The notes below the pieces were generated by a model. That model was given only the letters and a program-made list of their open reading frames with translations, had not been told where the DNA came from and ran no database searches. From Lama glama (lineage: Eukaryota), in assembly GCA_028534125.1 (NCBI GenBank), contig CM052816.1, positions 67,892,001-67,956,000 of the forward strand: a stretch of DNA of 64,000 bases. The letters run 5' to 3'. This document shows positions 36,150 through 48,570 of the stretch, piece by piece. Both the position numbers and the translations under genes were made by a program. The first letter of the stretch is position 1; each line of letters begins with the position of its first letter.

Positions 36150-38215
36150 AGTGATGGCAACATCCATCTTCGTAGCAGATGCCCCAGAATTCAACTGTGG
36201 ACAGCCTGTACAAACAACCAACCTCTTACTTCTCTCTGCCTTAGCCATTCTCCGACCATGGATGTGAGCTTGGAAGCACACAGATTAGGCTGCAAGTACT
36301 GAGAGTCTTTGAGGAGCAATCCTTGGCCAAGGAGGGACAGGCCTGACTAGATAAAAAACACTGCTTCTTACCCTCATTCTGAGGAATGTTCTACTCAGTC
36401 TCCTAGAGGGTTACTACAGCAGGAAGTCCTAGTTACCCAACAGCTGCCGGTGCTTCTTTTTTTTTTTTTTTTTAAGTTGAGGTATAATTGACATAAAACT
36501 TTGTATTAGCTTCAGGTATACAATGTAATAATTTGATATTTGTATATATCATGAAATGATCAACACAATAAGTCTAGTTAACACCCATCACTGTACATAG
36601 AGTGGAATTTTTTTCTTGTGATGAGAACTTTTAATATTTATTCTCTTAGCAATTTTTAAATTACCTATATTTCAATTACCTATAGTCACCATGCTGTATA
36701 TTATATCCCCATGATTTAGTTATTTTATAACTGGAAGTTTGTACCTTTTGCCTCCCTTCACCCATTTCACCCACACCCTGCCTGCCTTCTCTGGCAACCA
36801 CCAATCTGTTCTTTGTATCTATGAGTTTTCTTTGTTTTTTATTTTTAGATTCCACACATAAGTGATATCATGTAGTATTTGTCTTTTTTCTGTCTGATTT
36901 ATTTCACTTATCATAATGCCCTTGAGTTCCATCCATGTTTGTCACAAATGGCAAGAGTTCATTCATTATTATGGCTGAACAATATTCCATTATATATCTG
37001 TATCTAGGTAGGTAGATAGACCATATTTTCTTTGTCCATTCATTTGTTGATGGACGCTTAAGTTGTTTCCATATCTTAACTATTATAGATAATGCTGCAG
37101 TGAACATGGGGGTACATAAATCTTTCTGAGTCAACATTTTTATTTTCTTTAGATAAATACCCAGAATTGAATTGCCAAATCATATAGTAGCTCTATTTTT
37201 GATTTTTTAAGGAACCTCTGTACTGTTTTCCATAGTGGCTGTACCAATTTGCATTCCCACCAACAGCACACAAGGATACCCTTTTTTCCACATCCTCACC
37301 AACACTTGTTACTTCATCTTTTTGAGAATAGTCATTCTAACAGGTGTAAGGTGATTATCTCATTGTGATTTTTATTTGCATTTCCCTGATGATTAGTGAT
37401 GTTGGGAATTTTTCCATGTACCTGTTGGCCATCTGACTGTCTTTGGGAAAATGTCTATTCGGATCTTTTTCTATTGAATTGTATAAGTTCTTTACATATT
37501 TTGGATATTAACTCCTTATAAAATATGTGATTTGCAAATATTTTCATTTTGTTAATGGTTTCCTGTCCTGTGCTTAAGCTTTTGAGCTTGATATAGTCCC
37601 ACTTGTTTATTTTTGCTTTTGTTGCCTTTGTTTTTGGTGTCAAATCCAAAAAATCATTGTCTAGACTGATGTCATGTAGCTTACCATGTATGTTTTCTTC
37701 TAGAAGTTTTATGGTTTCAGGTTTTACATTCAAATCTTTGATCTATTTTGAGTTAACTTTTGTGTAGGGTAAGATTGTGGTCCAGTTTCATTTTTTTGCA
37801 TGTGGTTGTCCAGTTTTCCCAACACTTATTATTGAAGAGACTGTCCTTTCCCCATTGTATATTCTTGACTCCCTTGCCATAAATTAATTGACCATATATG
37901 CATGCATTTATTTCTGGGCTTCCTGTTTTGTTCCATTTATCAATTTATCTGTTTTTCTGCCAATACCATACTTTTTTGATTACTATAGCCTTGAAATCAG
38001 GACCATAATGCCTTCAGCTTTGTTCTTCTTTCTCAAGATTACTTTTGGCTATTTGGGGTAACTCCAGCTTCTTAACACACTCTATATTGACTTTCCTCCC
38101 TTCCTTATTTTACATTCCCTCACTATGCTTTACAGGAATCAATAGCCAAATAAACAGCTTCATCCAAAGCTTTGCCACAGAGAAGTGCTGTAGGGGAACC
38201 CTATAATTAAAAGCA
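36150..38215 (+). mobile_element. LTR16A-like LTR split by an L1 (halves about 36150-36456 and 38059-38215)
   Basis: Consensus order resumes across the L1: 'ctagttacccaacagc' ... 'ttaacacactctatattgactttcctccc...aaataaacagctt...taggggaaccc'. Confidence 0.7.
36457..38058 (-). mobile_element. 1.6-kb 5'-truncated L1 (L1MA9-like), ORF2 C-terminus and 3'UTR
   Basis: ORF pieces NVKPETIKLLEENI..KINKWDYIKLKS and CTPMFTAAL..WKQ..PSTNEW are L1 ORF2; poly(T) at the left end. Confidence 0.95.
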
Positions 38216-39269
38216 TTAGAGATGATGACTAGGCCGTCAGTGAGAACAAGGATCAATAACTAGAACCTGTCACCTTTGCTCTTCAAATGAATGACCTGGA
38301 GAGATGCATATGAAATAAAACAGGATTCTGTGGGTGAGCATAAGGTTCTGTGGAGCTCTTGAACAGGAGAAAAGTGAAATTCTACTTCTGGCCCAGAAAT
38401 GGCAATGATGCTTTGTAGAGAGGCTCAAAGTAGAGAAGTAGAAGTTCAAGCTTAGACCAGTAGGTGAAGGAACTTACTGAGGACTAGAACCAGCCTATGT
38501 TTCAGACAGACCAAACGGCCAGAGGAAGAATGTGATGTAGTGGAAGAAAGGGCTTCCAAACTCACAGCACAGAAATCTTCAGGAGAGGGTTGAAGAAGCA
38601 GCATTGATCACCTGGCACAGGAGTTTAAAGCCTGGATTTAGTGGAAGGCTGTTGGTCCACACCTGGGCAGGATCCAAGAGAGCAGGGGACAGATTGTAGG
38701 AGAGGGGCTGGGGCTCCATGCCAATTAGAAACACCATCTTATGCTTGGGTCTCAAGCCTCAGTGATCTAGCCTTTGTCTGGTTTTAGCTGCTTAATATTC
38801 ATTTCTTAGTAAAAGTATGTATGTGTGTGAGTGGTCTTAACTGAAACACAATGCAGAACACTAGGTATAACTAGTGCTCTTGTACATATCTGTCAACACA
38901 GACTCTTAGCACATCCTTAGTCTTACGACTGGGCGAGTCTCCCAGAGATAGGGACCTGTGGTAAAGAGAGGGGAGAAGGCCAGCAGGCAGATGGAAGGGA
39001 TATGCTATGTGCATATGTGTCCCTTCATGAATGAGCTTTGTTAAGTTACAAGATCCGTTCCTGGAATCAATTTTAAGGTATTCTGTTAGATGCTGTACTA
39101 GAAGCACTTTTGGTGTACAGATTTGAAAAATAATGGCAAATCCCTTCCCTGGTTTTTACAGGTTGGTAATTGGCAAGGAGGCTTCTTTGGAAAATGAAAC
39201 CAGACCCCTCATAAGACATAAATAAAAATAAAACACTATCCACTGATTTTTGCCTGCAGGAGTAGGTGG

Positions 39270-39370
39270 AAGGTGTTGGACGATCTCAGTTCTAACGCAC
39301 CAATTCTGGGACCTTGGGCAAGTCTTCACTATTCACCTCTTTCCCCACTGGTAAAACAAAGGGGATGCCA
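39270..39370 (+). mobile_element. MIR core
   Basis: 'gaccttgggcaagtcttcactattcacctctttccccactggtaaaa'. Confidence 0.55.
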
Positions 39371-39611
39371 AGCGATCCTGAGTAGCTCCTGGAATTCTGT
39401 GATTTGCAGATGAAATGATTGGGTCTGGAGATGCTGGATTGATGTCTGGCCGTAAAGGGTCTACATATGTGGATATATTCTATAGGGCAGAGCTTGGATT
39501 CAGCACATTTGGTTCTTTTGGCCTCCATAGAGATGAGAATGTGAGAGGCACTCTGGTTCCCTTTTCTATAACTATGAAGCCACATGGTAATTTTGTTTTT
39601 TCAACATTTTT

Positions 39612-39713
39612 AATAGTCTTTTTTTTCTTTTTTAATGGAGGTACTGGGGTTTGAACCCAGGACCTTGTGCATGCTAAGCATGTGTTCTACCACTGAGCTA
39701 TTTCTCTCCCAAC
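39612..39713 (-). mobile_element. tRNA-derived SINE (Vic-1-like) with 13-bp TSD
   Basis: 'ggaggtactggggtttgaacccaggaccttgtgcatgctaagcatgtgttctaccactgagcta'; TSD tttcaacattttt (39599-39611 / 39714-39726). Confidence 0.92.
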
Positions 39714-39929
39714 TTTCAACATTTTTTGAGCACCTACTGTGCTCTTGCCACTAGGGCCACACAAATATTTATGATATACCCTTGTGTTTGAAGGAAAGCT
39801 GACCTGCTTTTCTCATGTGCTGATTTCAGGGGATTTAGAAAATGAGAGTTGCTGGGTAGGGTCATTGTTCATGTAGCAGGTGGCATTGTTTTTAGGAATC
39901 TAATAGCTCTTTCACTATGACCCATAATT

Positions 39930-40150
39930 ATAATAATTCTCACATTTGCATAATGCTTTGCAAAGATTTTTCATATTTAATTTCATTCAGTCTTTACAAC
40001 AATTCTGTGAGGTATGTTGCCAAGTCTCATTATCCTCCAATTACAGAGGAAAATACTGAAGCATACAGACATCAGTGACCTGCCCAAGGTCAATAGCTAG
40101 CAAGTGGTGAAACCAATTCTCAAACTCTGATCTTGTGACTCTGCTAATTC
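39930..40150 (-). mobile_element. MIR SINE
   Basis: 'ctttacaacaattctgtgaggta...ttacagaggaaaatactgaagc...agtgacctgcccaaggtcaatagctag'. Confidence 0.8.
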
Positions 40151-40194
40151 AGAGATCTTGTTGCCATTCTGCCTCCTTCATAAAAGAATGAGGA

Positions 40195-40325
40195 ACAGCA
40201 CTGTGAACCCACTGAGGGCAGAGAGCTTATCTTGGTTACCTCAGGCTCCTCCCTGCCCCAAGACCCTAGCACACTGTCTGGTACACAGCAAGCAATAATG
40301 TACTTTTATTGAGTGAAATTGAAGC
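40195..40325 (+). mobile_element. L2 3' end
   Basis: 'tgagggcagagagcttatcttggtt...ccctagcacactgtctggtacacagcaagc'. Confidence 0.7.
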
Positions 40326-42609
40326 CCTTCAATAAGAGAGAATAAAGAGATGGCCATCTTTTCACCTTCATATTACCAGACTACAAAGATTCTGATGATA
40401 ATCTATTTTGTTCTTGCCCACCAACCAGCATTAAATTGCCCATAAATATTTGTTTGTATGGAACATTTCATCACCCAGGAGTCTAGGGCATTCCTGGGTA
40501 GATGGGAGCGTGAAAGTGACACTATCAAATCTGCAGAACTGTTCAGTCACATTGTAGCCTATCTTTATCTTCAGTCCTATGACAACTTTGAGGATTCCCT
40601 TAGAGAATTTGGACTTCGAGACTACCCCAGAGAGCAGCCAAGTAGACAATTTTAATAACCTCCCTGTGACTGTCATAAAGACAGGGAAAGGTAGGGGTTG
40701 TTAGCACTGTTAGCACACATACCACTACAGAGATAAGCCAGGTTCTTGTCTCAAAGCTCAGGGCACCAGAAAATGCCCCTTTTGTTACCATTTTCTGAAA
40801 TCATCCTCAGCAGAGGAAAATTTATTTTAGGCTAAAATAGGCACTTATTCCGGTCTGAAGCCACAGTTGCTCAACTTCAAGAAATCTGGTTAACCTCAAG
40901 TAGGTGACATTTTATGGTTTTCCATTTTGTGTAAGACGAAGTTTAATTTTCTCTAAGGCATGATGGGGAAATCCTTCAGGGGATGCCCACTGACCTGAGC
41001 TATCCAACTTGTATTCAGCAAATATAAAATCTATTTCAGAGGAGTCTCTGTTCCCATTCTGCCCCATCAGCAGGGAAGAAAGGGAACAATTATTTGGTGA
41101 TAATTACTCTGACAGCAGTAATCTCTGGCAGCTGCTAGAGAAGAGACATAATTGCCTCCTACCACCCCCCTAACTTTTTAGAATAGAACTCTGAAAGCAT
41201 GATAAGAGGGGCTGAAGATGTGTGAACAACCTCAAAATAACTTTGTCTACTTCCATCACCCAGGCTTTAATTAACCACAGTTCATACTTCTTCAGAGGCT
41301 TAAGATGATGCACGTTAAAGAACTTAATAAAGAGGGAAGACCGTACAAATGGCATAGGTTACTATACGTTGTTTTTATCCTCTTATCCAACTCAGGGGCC
41401 TTTCAGGGCTGTTGCCGTAGAAGCTTGCTTTTTCGTCTAGCTGCGATGAGGTGGAATTGGAGGAGAACTGGATTTTCTTCTGGCAATTTTGGGAGAGAAT
41501 TTTTTAAGTGGAAGATATGTGAGTGCAGATGGAAGATAAAATTTGGACACGTACCACTGATTTTTTTTCTATGCCTTAAAGTCCTTTTTCCCATGTAAAT
41601 GAATTCCTCAAAAAGTTAGAAACCACCATCAGTTTTCCTAAAAGGGAATTTTCAGTCTTTTCCCATTTTTCTGTGAAGTTCAGCTATCTTTCTCACTGCA
41701 GGATTTGGAAGCAGAACTGTACAAATGCACTATCGTACGTTTTCTGGCTGTTCTCCGAGTGGCAAAATGGGAGCAAAGGAGCACGGTTGGAGGCAGGCTG
41801 TTGGTGACACAGATTGAGCTGGTCTGCTTTTACATTATAAATAAAAATGCCTGTTGTTGCATACGAGCTTTGGGTGCATTTAAAAAAATCTGAAAAAAAT
41901 ATTCTGATATAGACATTCTTCTGCTTAGTCTAAACTAATTCATCAAATACTCTAATCATAAATTGTCAGAAATTTTTAGAAAGTCAGAGGGCCTTAACAC
42001 ATTCGAATTTATTCAATCAAAGCCAGAGGCCAATTTTTGTTGTTAACCCCTCTCTACTTTTTTTTCCATCCCTACCTCAAGCCTGAAACTCCACACATCA
42101 TACTGGTTCTGATTCCTATAGAAGTTGTAAGATACCCCTTGCTCTCCCTTCCTCTTCCTTCATCCCATGATTCCATTTCACTGATGTTGCACAATCTCTT
42201 ATCATTTCATTTTCTAGCACATCATGTTATGTTATGGTTGATGATTGAAGGTTAATGAGTGTGGACATGAAGAACAAAACAAGCTTACGTCACAGGCCTT
42301 GTGAGCCCTGGAACATGGTTGTAGGCTTCTTGTAGGGGCCACGTGGATCCATGGGTATATCGGCTTGTGAGTTGATTGCTCCTGCCTCAAAAGTTCACCA
42401 CTGCATTGGGACCATTAATTTATCCAAGTAGAATTATGTCAGGGGGTCTCTGAAAAAAAGGTGCTGTTCTCCTGATGAATAATGCCACACAAAAAAAGCA
42501 CTGTCCCTTTATAGTTGTTTCATGGTTGTGACAAAATGAGTCTGCATCCCCCTCTCTACCCCCAGGGGATAACCTGTGTGATAAGCTGTTAAGTTTCTGA
42601 TGTTCTAAA

Positions 42610-42768
42610 CAGCCCTTCTCAAACTGTTATGAGCACCTGGATCCTCTGCAGATCTTGTTAAAATGTGGATTCTGATTCTGTAGCACTGGGGTCGGGTCTG
42701 AGACTCTCCATTTTTAACAAGCTCCATTGATAGCAACCTTTTTGGTTCATGGGCCCCACTTTGAATAC
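42610..42768. mobile_element. MER5 (hAT-Charlie) MITE
   Basis: 'cttctcaaact...atcttgttaaaatgtggattctgattctgtag...catttttaacaagctcc...cactttgaa'. Confidence 0.8.
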
Positions 42769-43374
42769 CTCTATGAGATGCAGCTATGAATAAGTCCCCT
42801 GTATAGGATCTACATTAAATCCTTTGGTGGCCTATCCTGAGCCCTGGATGTGGGAAGTAGGCCTCCTTCAAGTACTTTAGGACACTGAGAACTGTTGCTA
42901 AATCTTAAAAATTATTTAGTTGACTATTTAGAATATAGTTATTTGTAGTGTATATTTCAGGAAAAAGTCATATTGTGCATTTTTGCTCATCAATGTACTT
43001 AAGCATATGACTTGCAGTTTAGTAACACCAATCATCTTCACCTTGTTAGAACTGCTAATATGCATTCTCTTCGTCCACAGAATAAGTTATCTTTCTGTGA
43101 AACATTCGTATTTGGGGTGATGAACAATAATGTTCCTTTGGTACTGACAGTGAGCCCACAAGTGGATCTAGAGCAAGCATCAGTTGGTGGCCTTGTGGTC
43201 TTTTTCAGCCTCAGTCTTCACGTTACTTGGAGTCTGATTATCCAAGTCTGTCTCTGTTTCTTCCCTTTAAAAAGTGGGTGACTTACAAATATTTTCCTTT
43301 ATCCTCCTCCAAAATGATTCCAATTTCCAATGAGTGTATATGTGTGTGTCAGGGGTGGGAATTGAGGGTGGGGC

Positions 43375-43736
43375 TCTCTATGTGTTCACCAACCTAGAAG
43401 CTCTCTGAACAATCTTTCAGGTTTTTATGGAGGCTTCATTACAGAGGCATGATTGATCACATCATTGGCCATTGATTGAACTCTTATCTCCAGCTCCTCT
43501 CCCCTCCCTGAAGGTCAGGGGGTGTGACTGAAAGTTTCAACACTAATCACGTGGCTGTTTCTCCTGGCAACCAGCCCCCATCCTTAGGTAAAGTCCAAAT
43601 GTCACTTCATTAACAACAAATGACACTGTTAACAGATCTCATCATTTAGGAGACTTGAAAAGTTTTAAAAGCTCTGTGCCAGGAAGAGTGGAAGATGACC
43701 AGATATGTATTTCTTATTGTAAATCATACTATCACA
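43375..43736 (-). mobile_element. MER21-like LTR
   Basis: 'gtttttatggaggcttcattacagaggcatgattgat...atttcttattgtaaatcatactatcaca'. Confidence 0.85.
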
Positions 43737-44329
43737 TTCCCACCCCAATGATGGAATCTGTATCCATGTGTGAGAATTGGTTAGTTGAATCAACTTCTAC
43801 CAGCTCCAAGTTTAAAATCAAAGAAAGCAGGTTCATTGTTTACCTTATTCCCATGACTTAAGAGGAAAGCATATTGAATTTTCCTTTTCCTTCCTTTTAT
43901 CCTCAGAAGCAGTGGGGATAGACCCCAGATTACAGATCTCTAGAGGAACGATAACCCCAGTCCTTCCACTCCCATCTCATCTGCCTCCTTCCCTAAGCCT
44001 TTAGCAGGTTAGAGAGGGCCCCGCAGGGCTGCTGTCGGGAGGTGGAGAAAGAAATTTGCTAAATCTCCAGGCAGTCTGTGGAGTCTGTGGTCTGTGGTAA
44101 GCAGGAGGGTAAAGGCAGGTGGTTGGGGAGTGAGGGAGGATCCATGCTGTCATTTTCACAGCTTGTAGAGCTAGGAGGGTGGTCCCCCAGGCCGGTAGCC
44201 TGTGGGCAGGGAAGTTTTGAGCAGATACCTGTGAGTGGGCTTGGAGAGAGGGCGTGCGAGGGTCTAATGTGGTTGGAGTTCTTGACACAAGTGAGCCATG
44301 GTTCTGGTGCTCCTCACACTTACCTGATG

Positions 44330-44480
44330 GAGTGCTCACTACAGAAGCTCCGTGAGGCTGGTCCTCATGGCTACATTTTACAGGGAGGAATCCACAGCTG
44401 AGAGACTAAAGCAAAATGCTTGGACCACTGAACTGGTAAGTAGCAGAGTCAGTATTTGAACCCAGGTCTGTTTTACTCCA
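44330..44480 (-). mobile_element. MIR SINE
   Basis: 'cattttacagggaggaa...ctggtaagtagcagagtcagtatttgaacccaggtctgttttactcca'. Confidence 0.75.
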
Positions 44481-45107
44481 AATTCCTTGAAATCCTACCC
44501 TGCAAAGCAGGGCATTATGGGAAGTAGTAAAGCCCTTTGTAACCTAAGGCAAGTGAATGAGATATCAGGTAGGCTGAGGTCCAGGTGCCAAAACTGCTTC
44601 TGTTTATAGTTTACATTTTTAAAAAATCCACAATATCCTAACACACCTGTTGGTGGTTGAGAGACTAGTTTTTGCAGAAAACTAATGAAGTGCCTTTTTA
44701 GAATTCCTTTTGTGCTCTGCAGAACTGGATTTCTAGACGTCATCTGGTATGCAGCTAGCTGCAATAGCACCTCTTGGGTATGCAAGGAGTCAGTGGTGTG
44801 GATGGCACACCCTTTGATGCCGGGGGCCAGGACCTCCCACAGGATGTTTTTAAGAAGATCATAGACAGCAGCTCAGCTTCTCTGTGGCCAGACCACAAAA
44901 TGCTACGGTTTTCTTAAAGTCCCGGAATCCCAAAGGGTGTAGGCCATCCCTGTGAAAGAATGCTGAGCTCTAAAATCTTAAGGGAGGGACCAAATCCCTT
45001 GGGGATATAGACACATTTATCCACGTGAGGGAATTTGAGTGGTAGTGCAATTCCTTAAATGTTCATTACATGGAATTGGAGTTTGCAGGTGTAGAAGTTA
45101 TCTATGC

Positions 45108-45271
45108 CAGTGTGGGTCAAACCTTACTGTGCAAAGGAATCACCTGGGGAATTTTGTTAAAATGCAGATTCTGTTTTCCTGGGTCTGGGTTGGGGCCTGA
45201 GATCCTTCGTAGCTCAAATGCTCAGGGAATGCTGATGCTGCTGGTCTGTGGACCACACTTTGAGCAGCAAG
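45108..45271. mobile_element. MER5A MITE
   Basis: 'gaatcacctggggaattttgttaaaatgcagattctg...gctgatgctgctggtctgtggaccacactttgagcagcaag'. Confidence 0.9.
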
Positions 45272-46064
45272 TGTTTTATCTATATGCATTTTCCTGGTTC
45301 CCCTTCTTTAAGCTCAATCGAGATTCACCTACTTTGAGATAAATTTACGGGAAGCAGAATAGACAAGAAAAAGGAGCGTGAGGAATCTTCTGAATAGATC
45401 TTGAGGAATCTCTATTGCAGCGTATTTTAGATGTGAAGAGGTGTTGTGAGGACAGCGATGAAAATGTGGCAGTGGCTTGTAGTCAAATAAGCTTTAGAAA
45501 TGTTGGGTTGAAAAGTTCAATCGATTTCTTTATTTCATGACTTCTCAGAACCTTTAATTGTCTAATGTTCCTTGTGACTTTCATAGTGGAACTTTTCTCG
45601 AATTCACTAGCCAAAAAAATACTTTTTTTGAGGACCATATTAAGAGTATAATGTTCACCGAGACTGGTTGTTTCAGACATTGTCATAGGGGACTATATGA
45701 GAGAAGAAACTCCTCTAAACTACTATGTAAAAATGAAACTGGTCTTATTCTCTATAGACTAGTAACTCTAAAGTAAGTTAAACTTTAGAAATAAAAACAA
45801 GATGAGCTAGGGGATGGATTGACTGTGGGTTCCATGCACGTAGAATGCCAGGCATATGACTTTGGAGAGGGAGAACTGATATAAATGGAAGAGGAAGGAG
45901 TTAAAAAGTAGAAATATTTTAGATCAACAGGGATATGGGGGCAGGAAGGAATCAATTAGAAAATGCTTGTTTATGGGGAGGAGTTAGTTAAGGGGCTTAA
46001 TCTATCAGGCTAGCAAGGGTAGGGTGTGGAGAAATCTGGAATACAGGTATTGTGCAAACTCCAG

Positions 46065-46607
46065 GCACTTGTAACTTTTTTGGTATGCCTGAGGATTGAG
46101 CCCTTCTCCTTTTGGGGGAAGTTCTTGATCTGATGGGGTGGAGCCTTCTCTCATAGAGAAGCTGAGCACAGCATGTTTTCTTAACTTACTTTGCAGCTAG
46201 GTTCCAGGTACATTGACCTGGGCTTCCTTGATCAGAAGTGCCTTTCCTAAATGTTAGCCCAGAACAAAAACAGGTACCTGGTGGACCCTATTCTGATGAG
46301 GATGGGACAACAGTGACAGAACGTTTAGTTTCTAGAGGCAACAGAGACTGTGGTTCCATAGCCAGCATCCAGTGTCAGCTATGCACACAGTACCAGTTGC
46401 AGGGTGTGTGCCCTGTGGGGTGGCAGCAGTACTTCACTGGACCAGTCCTGTGACTCAAGTTGGGGCATTATTCTTGGTGGGGAGCCTTAGCCTGGTTCCA
46501 CACCATCCTAAGAACTACGAGCTTCCCACTTTTCATAACCTCTTTTTCTGCTTAAACAAACAAGAGTTGGTTTCTGTTTCTTGTGGCTTAGAATCCTGAC
46601 AGACACA
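46065..46607 (+). mobile_element. LTR33 (ERVL)
   Basis: 'ttgcagctagg...tgacctgggct' and end 'tttttctgcttaaacaaacaagagttggtttctgtt...gaatcctgacagacaca'. Confidence 0.8.
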
Positions 46608-46784
46608 GAGGATGAATGGAAGCTCTCAAATCAGCTTCAGATAGCCCCAGATAGCATTTTAATCTGAATTCTAGGGTGGACTTGGGGGTTTATAAAGGAA
46701 GGTCTGTGTGGCTTGAGAGTTGAAGTCAGAGGCATCCCAGGAGTCCTGTGAACCAGTTAGGTGACAAGAAAGGTGAAGAAATGA

Positions 46785-47330
46785 ATATTACTGAGTGAGC
46801 ACTCACAAAGTACCAACTAGATGCTCTCTCTTATCTATATTTTTCTCACAATAATCTTGTGAAATAGATGTTATTTTGCAGAACGGGAAGCTGAGATATA
46901 GGGTGTATAATCAGTTGTCCCAATAGTAAGTGTTGGAGCTGCCATTCCAGATAAGGGCTGTCCGACTTCAGTTATCATTACGTCAGGACAATGGGTCCAC
47001 AGTTATTTGCAGAGCACCTTCCATGTGTCAGACATGGCGATAACCCTGGGCAATAGCTGCCTCTGTGGAAGTTAAGATCTGGTATAGGAGATACACATTA
47101 AAGTAACTACAAACCAGGAAGGAGAGCTAAAATGAGAATATGTAACAGGGAAGCCTGACCTTGATAAAGATGTGTAGAGAGGAAGTAGTTTCCCTGAAGG
47201 GTGCCCTTTGGGGTTTTAAGGGCTGGGTAGGAGATAACTAGGTTGAATGGAGGAGGAAGAAGGACTTTCCTAGGAGGGAAAACGAAGTACAAACCAGACA
47301 CATCCCATGCTTGGTTAGTACCCTGAGATT
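46785..47330 (-). mobile_element. MIR (46785-46965) and L2 (47000-47330) fragments
   Basis: reverse MIR core, then 'gagcaccttccatgtgtcagac...ctgcctctgtggaagttaagatctggt'. Confidence 0.6.
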
Positions 47331-47944
47331 TCCCGTGGTGTAACACACTGCTTTTGTGGATTCAACGGTCATCTTCTCTATTAAAGGCAGATACAGGAGA
47401 GCAATGAAAGAAAAAGGGTGGGAGCTTCAAAGTTGTAGTAGAAGATGGAAGAAAAACCTTGTTCTTGGGGGAAGTGGTCCTGGAAACACCTGTTTGCACA
47501 AGGCCTGTCTTGTTCTGTCTTGAGTAATAAGCATCCCACTGATTTCTGAATAGAGAATGAGATATAGGGCTGAACACAAGACCCCACCCCTCTTCCCTGC
47601 CACAATAGTGCCAAGCTTTTTGCTGGGTGCTGAAAGTAGGCAGGCACCAGACAGGGAGGAAAGAGAGGGTGCACAATTTATGGGGAGGCCTGTTAACCCA
47701 CTTCTGCATGGACTTAAAATAGTCAGATGAATTGACCTACTGGGTTCTATTTCTCTGGAAACTGCTTTTTTTTTTTTCCTTCTGGGGGATGCTCCTTGTC
47801 AAGGGACATGTTGCAGAATGATATTGGAAAATATTATTCTTAATTTATTTATAGCAAATTTGGGGGGATCTAAATATAAGGTCCAGATATTTTTTAAAAG
47901 CTAAAATCATCAATTTCTGTATATTAGAATCCTACGTGACAGTT

Positions 47945-48205
47945 AAGGCTCAGCTTCAACATCACTTCTCCAAGAAGCCTTCCTTGATTATATCAAGCAG
48001 AAGTCATATCTCACCTCTTTGGACCTTCCCATACTCTGGGCACACACACACCATCTTTTTTACATGGTAGTTATTTGGGTCCATGTTTTATCTTTGCAGC
48101 CCCATTGCAAGTTTGTTGAGTAGAGGAATTATATATCATATGGCATTGTAATATCCAAAGTGTTTGTGCACCAGATCTGCTCTCTGAAAAATTTGTGAGC
48201 AGAAT
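47945..48205 (+). mobile_element. L2 3' region
   Basis: 'aggctcagcttcaacatcacttctccaagaagccttccttga'. Confidence 0.65.
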
Positions 48206-48389
48206 GGAAACTGAATGTTGCTTTTCAGTAAAAGCTTTTTTATCTTGTCACCTATTAAAGTACAGAGTATATTACAGAGAGAGCTAAAAAAAGAATTGAA
48301 AAGTTAGAGCTTGGTATATATGCCCTGGTTTACTGTGTGGAATAATGAAGGAATAAAGCCCCTTATTTAAGCCTTTCAGTAAGCCACTG

Positions 48390-48570
48390 GAGTATAATGT
48401 GGAATAGGAAATTTGGATGCAAGTCCTAGTCCTGCTTCTTGCCTGCTGTATAAGCTCAGGCAAATGACACCACCTCTCTGAACTTGAATTTTCTTATTTG
48501 TAGTGTGTCGGAAGTACTATATCTAATTTGTGGGATTTCAGAGAGAAGTAAAGAAATAGCATAGAGGTGC
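48390..48570 (+). mobile_element. MIR SINE
   Basis: 'aagtcctagtcctgct...ctcaggcaaatgacaccacctctctgaacttgaattttcttatttgta'. Confidence 0.65.

Noticed and set aside
36904..37733. Protein-coding ORFs of 77 and 92 aa
   Set aside because: Broken L1 ORF2 remnants
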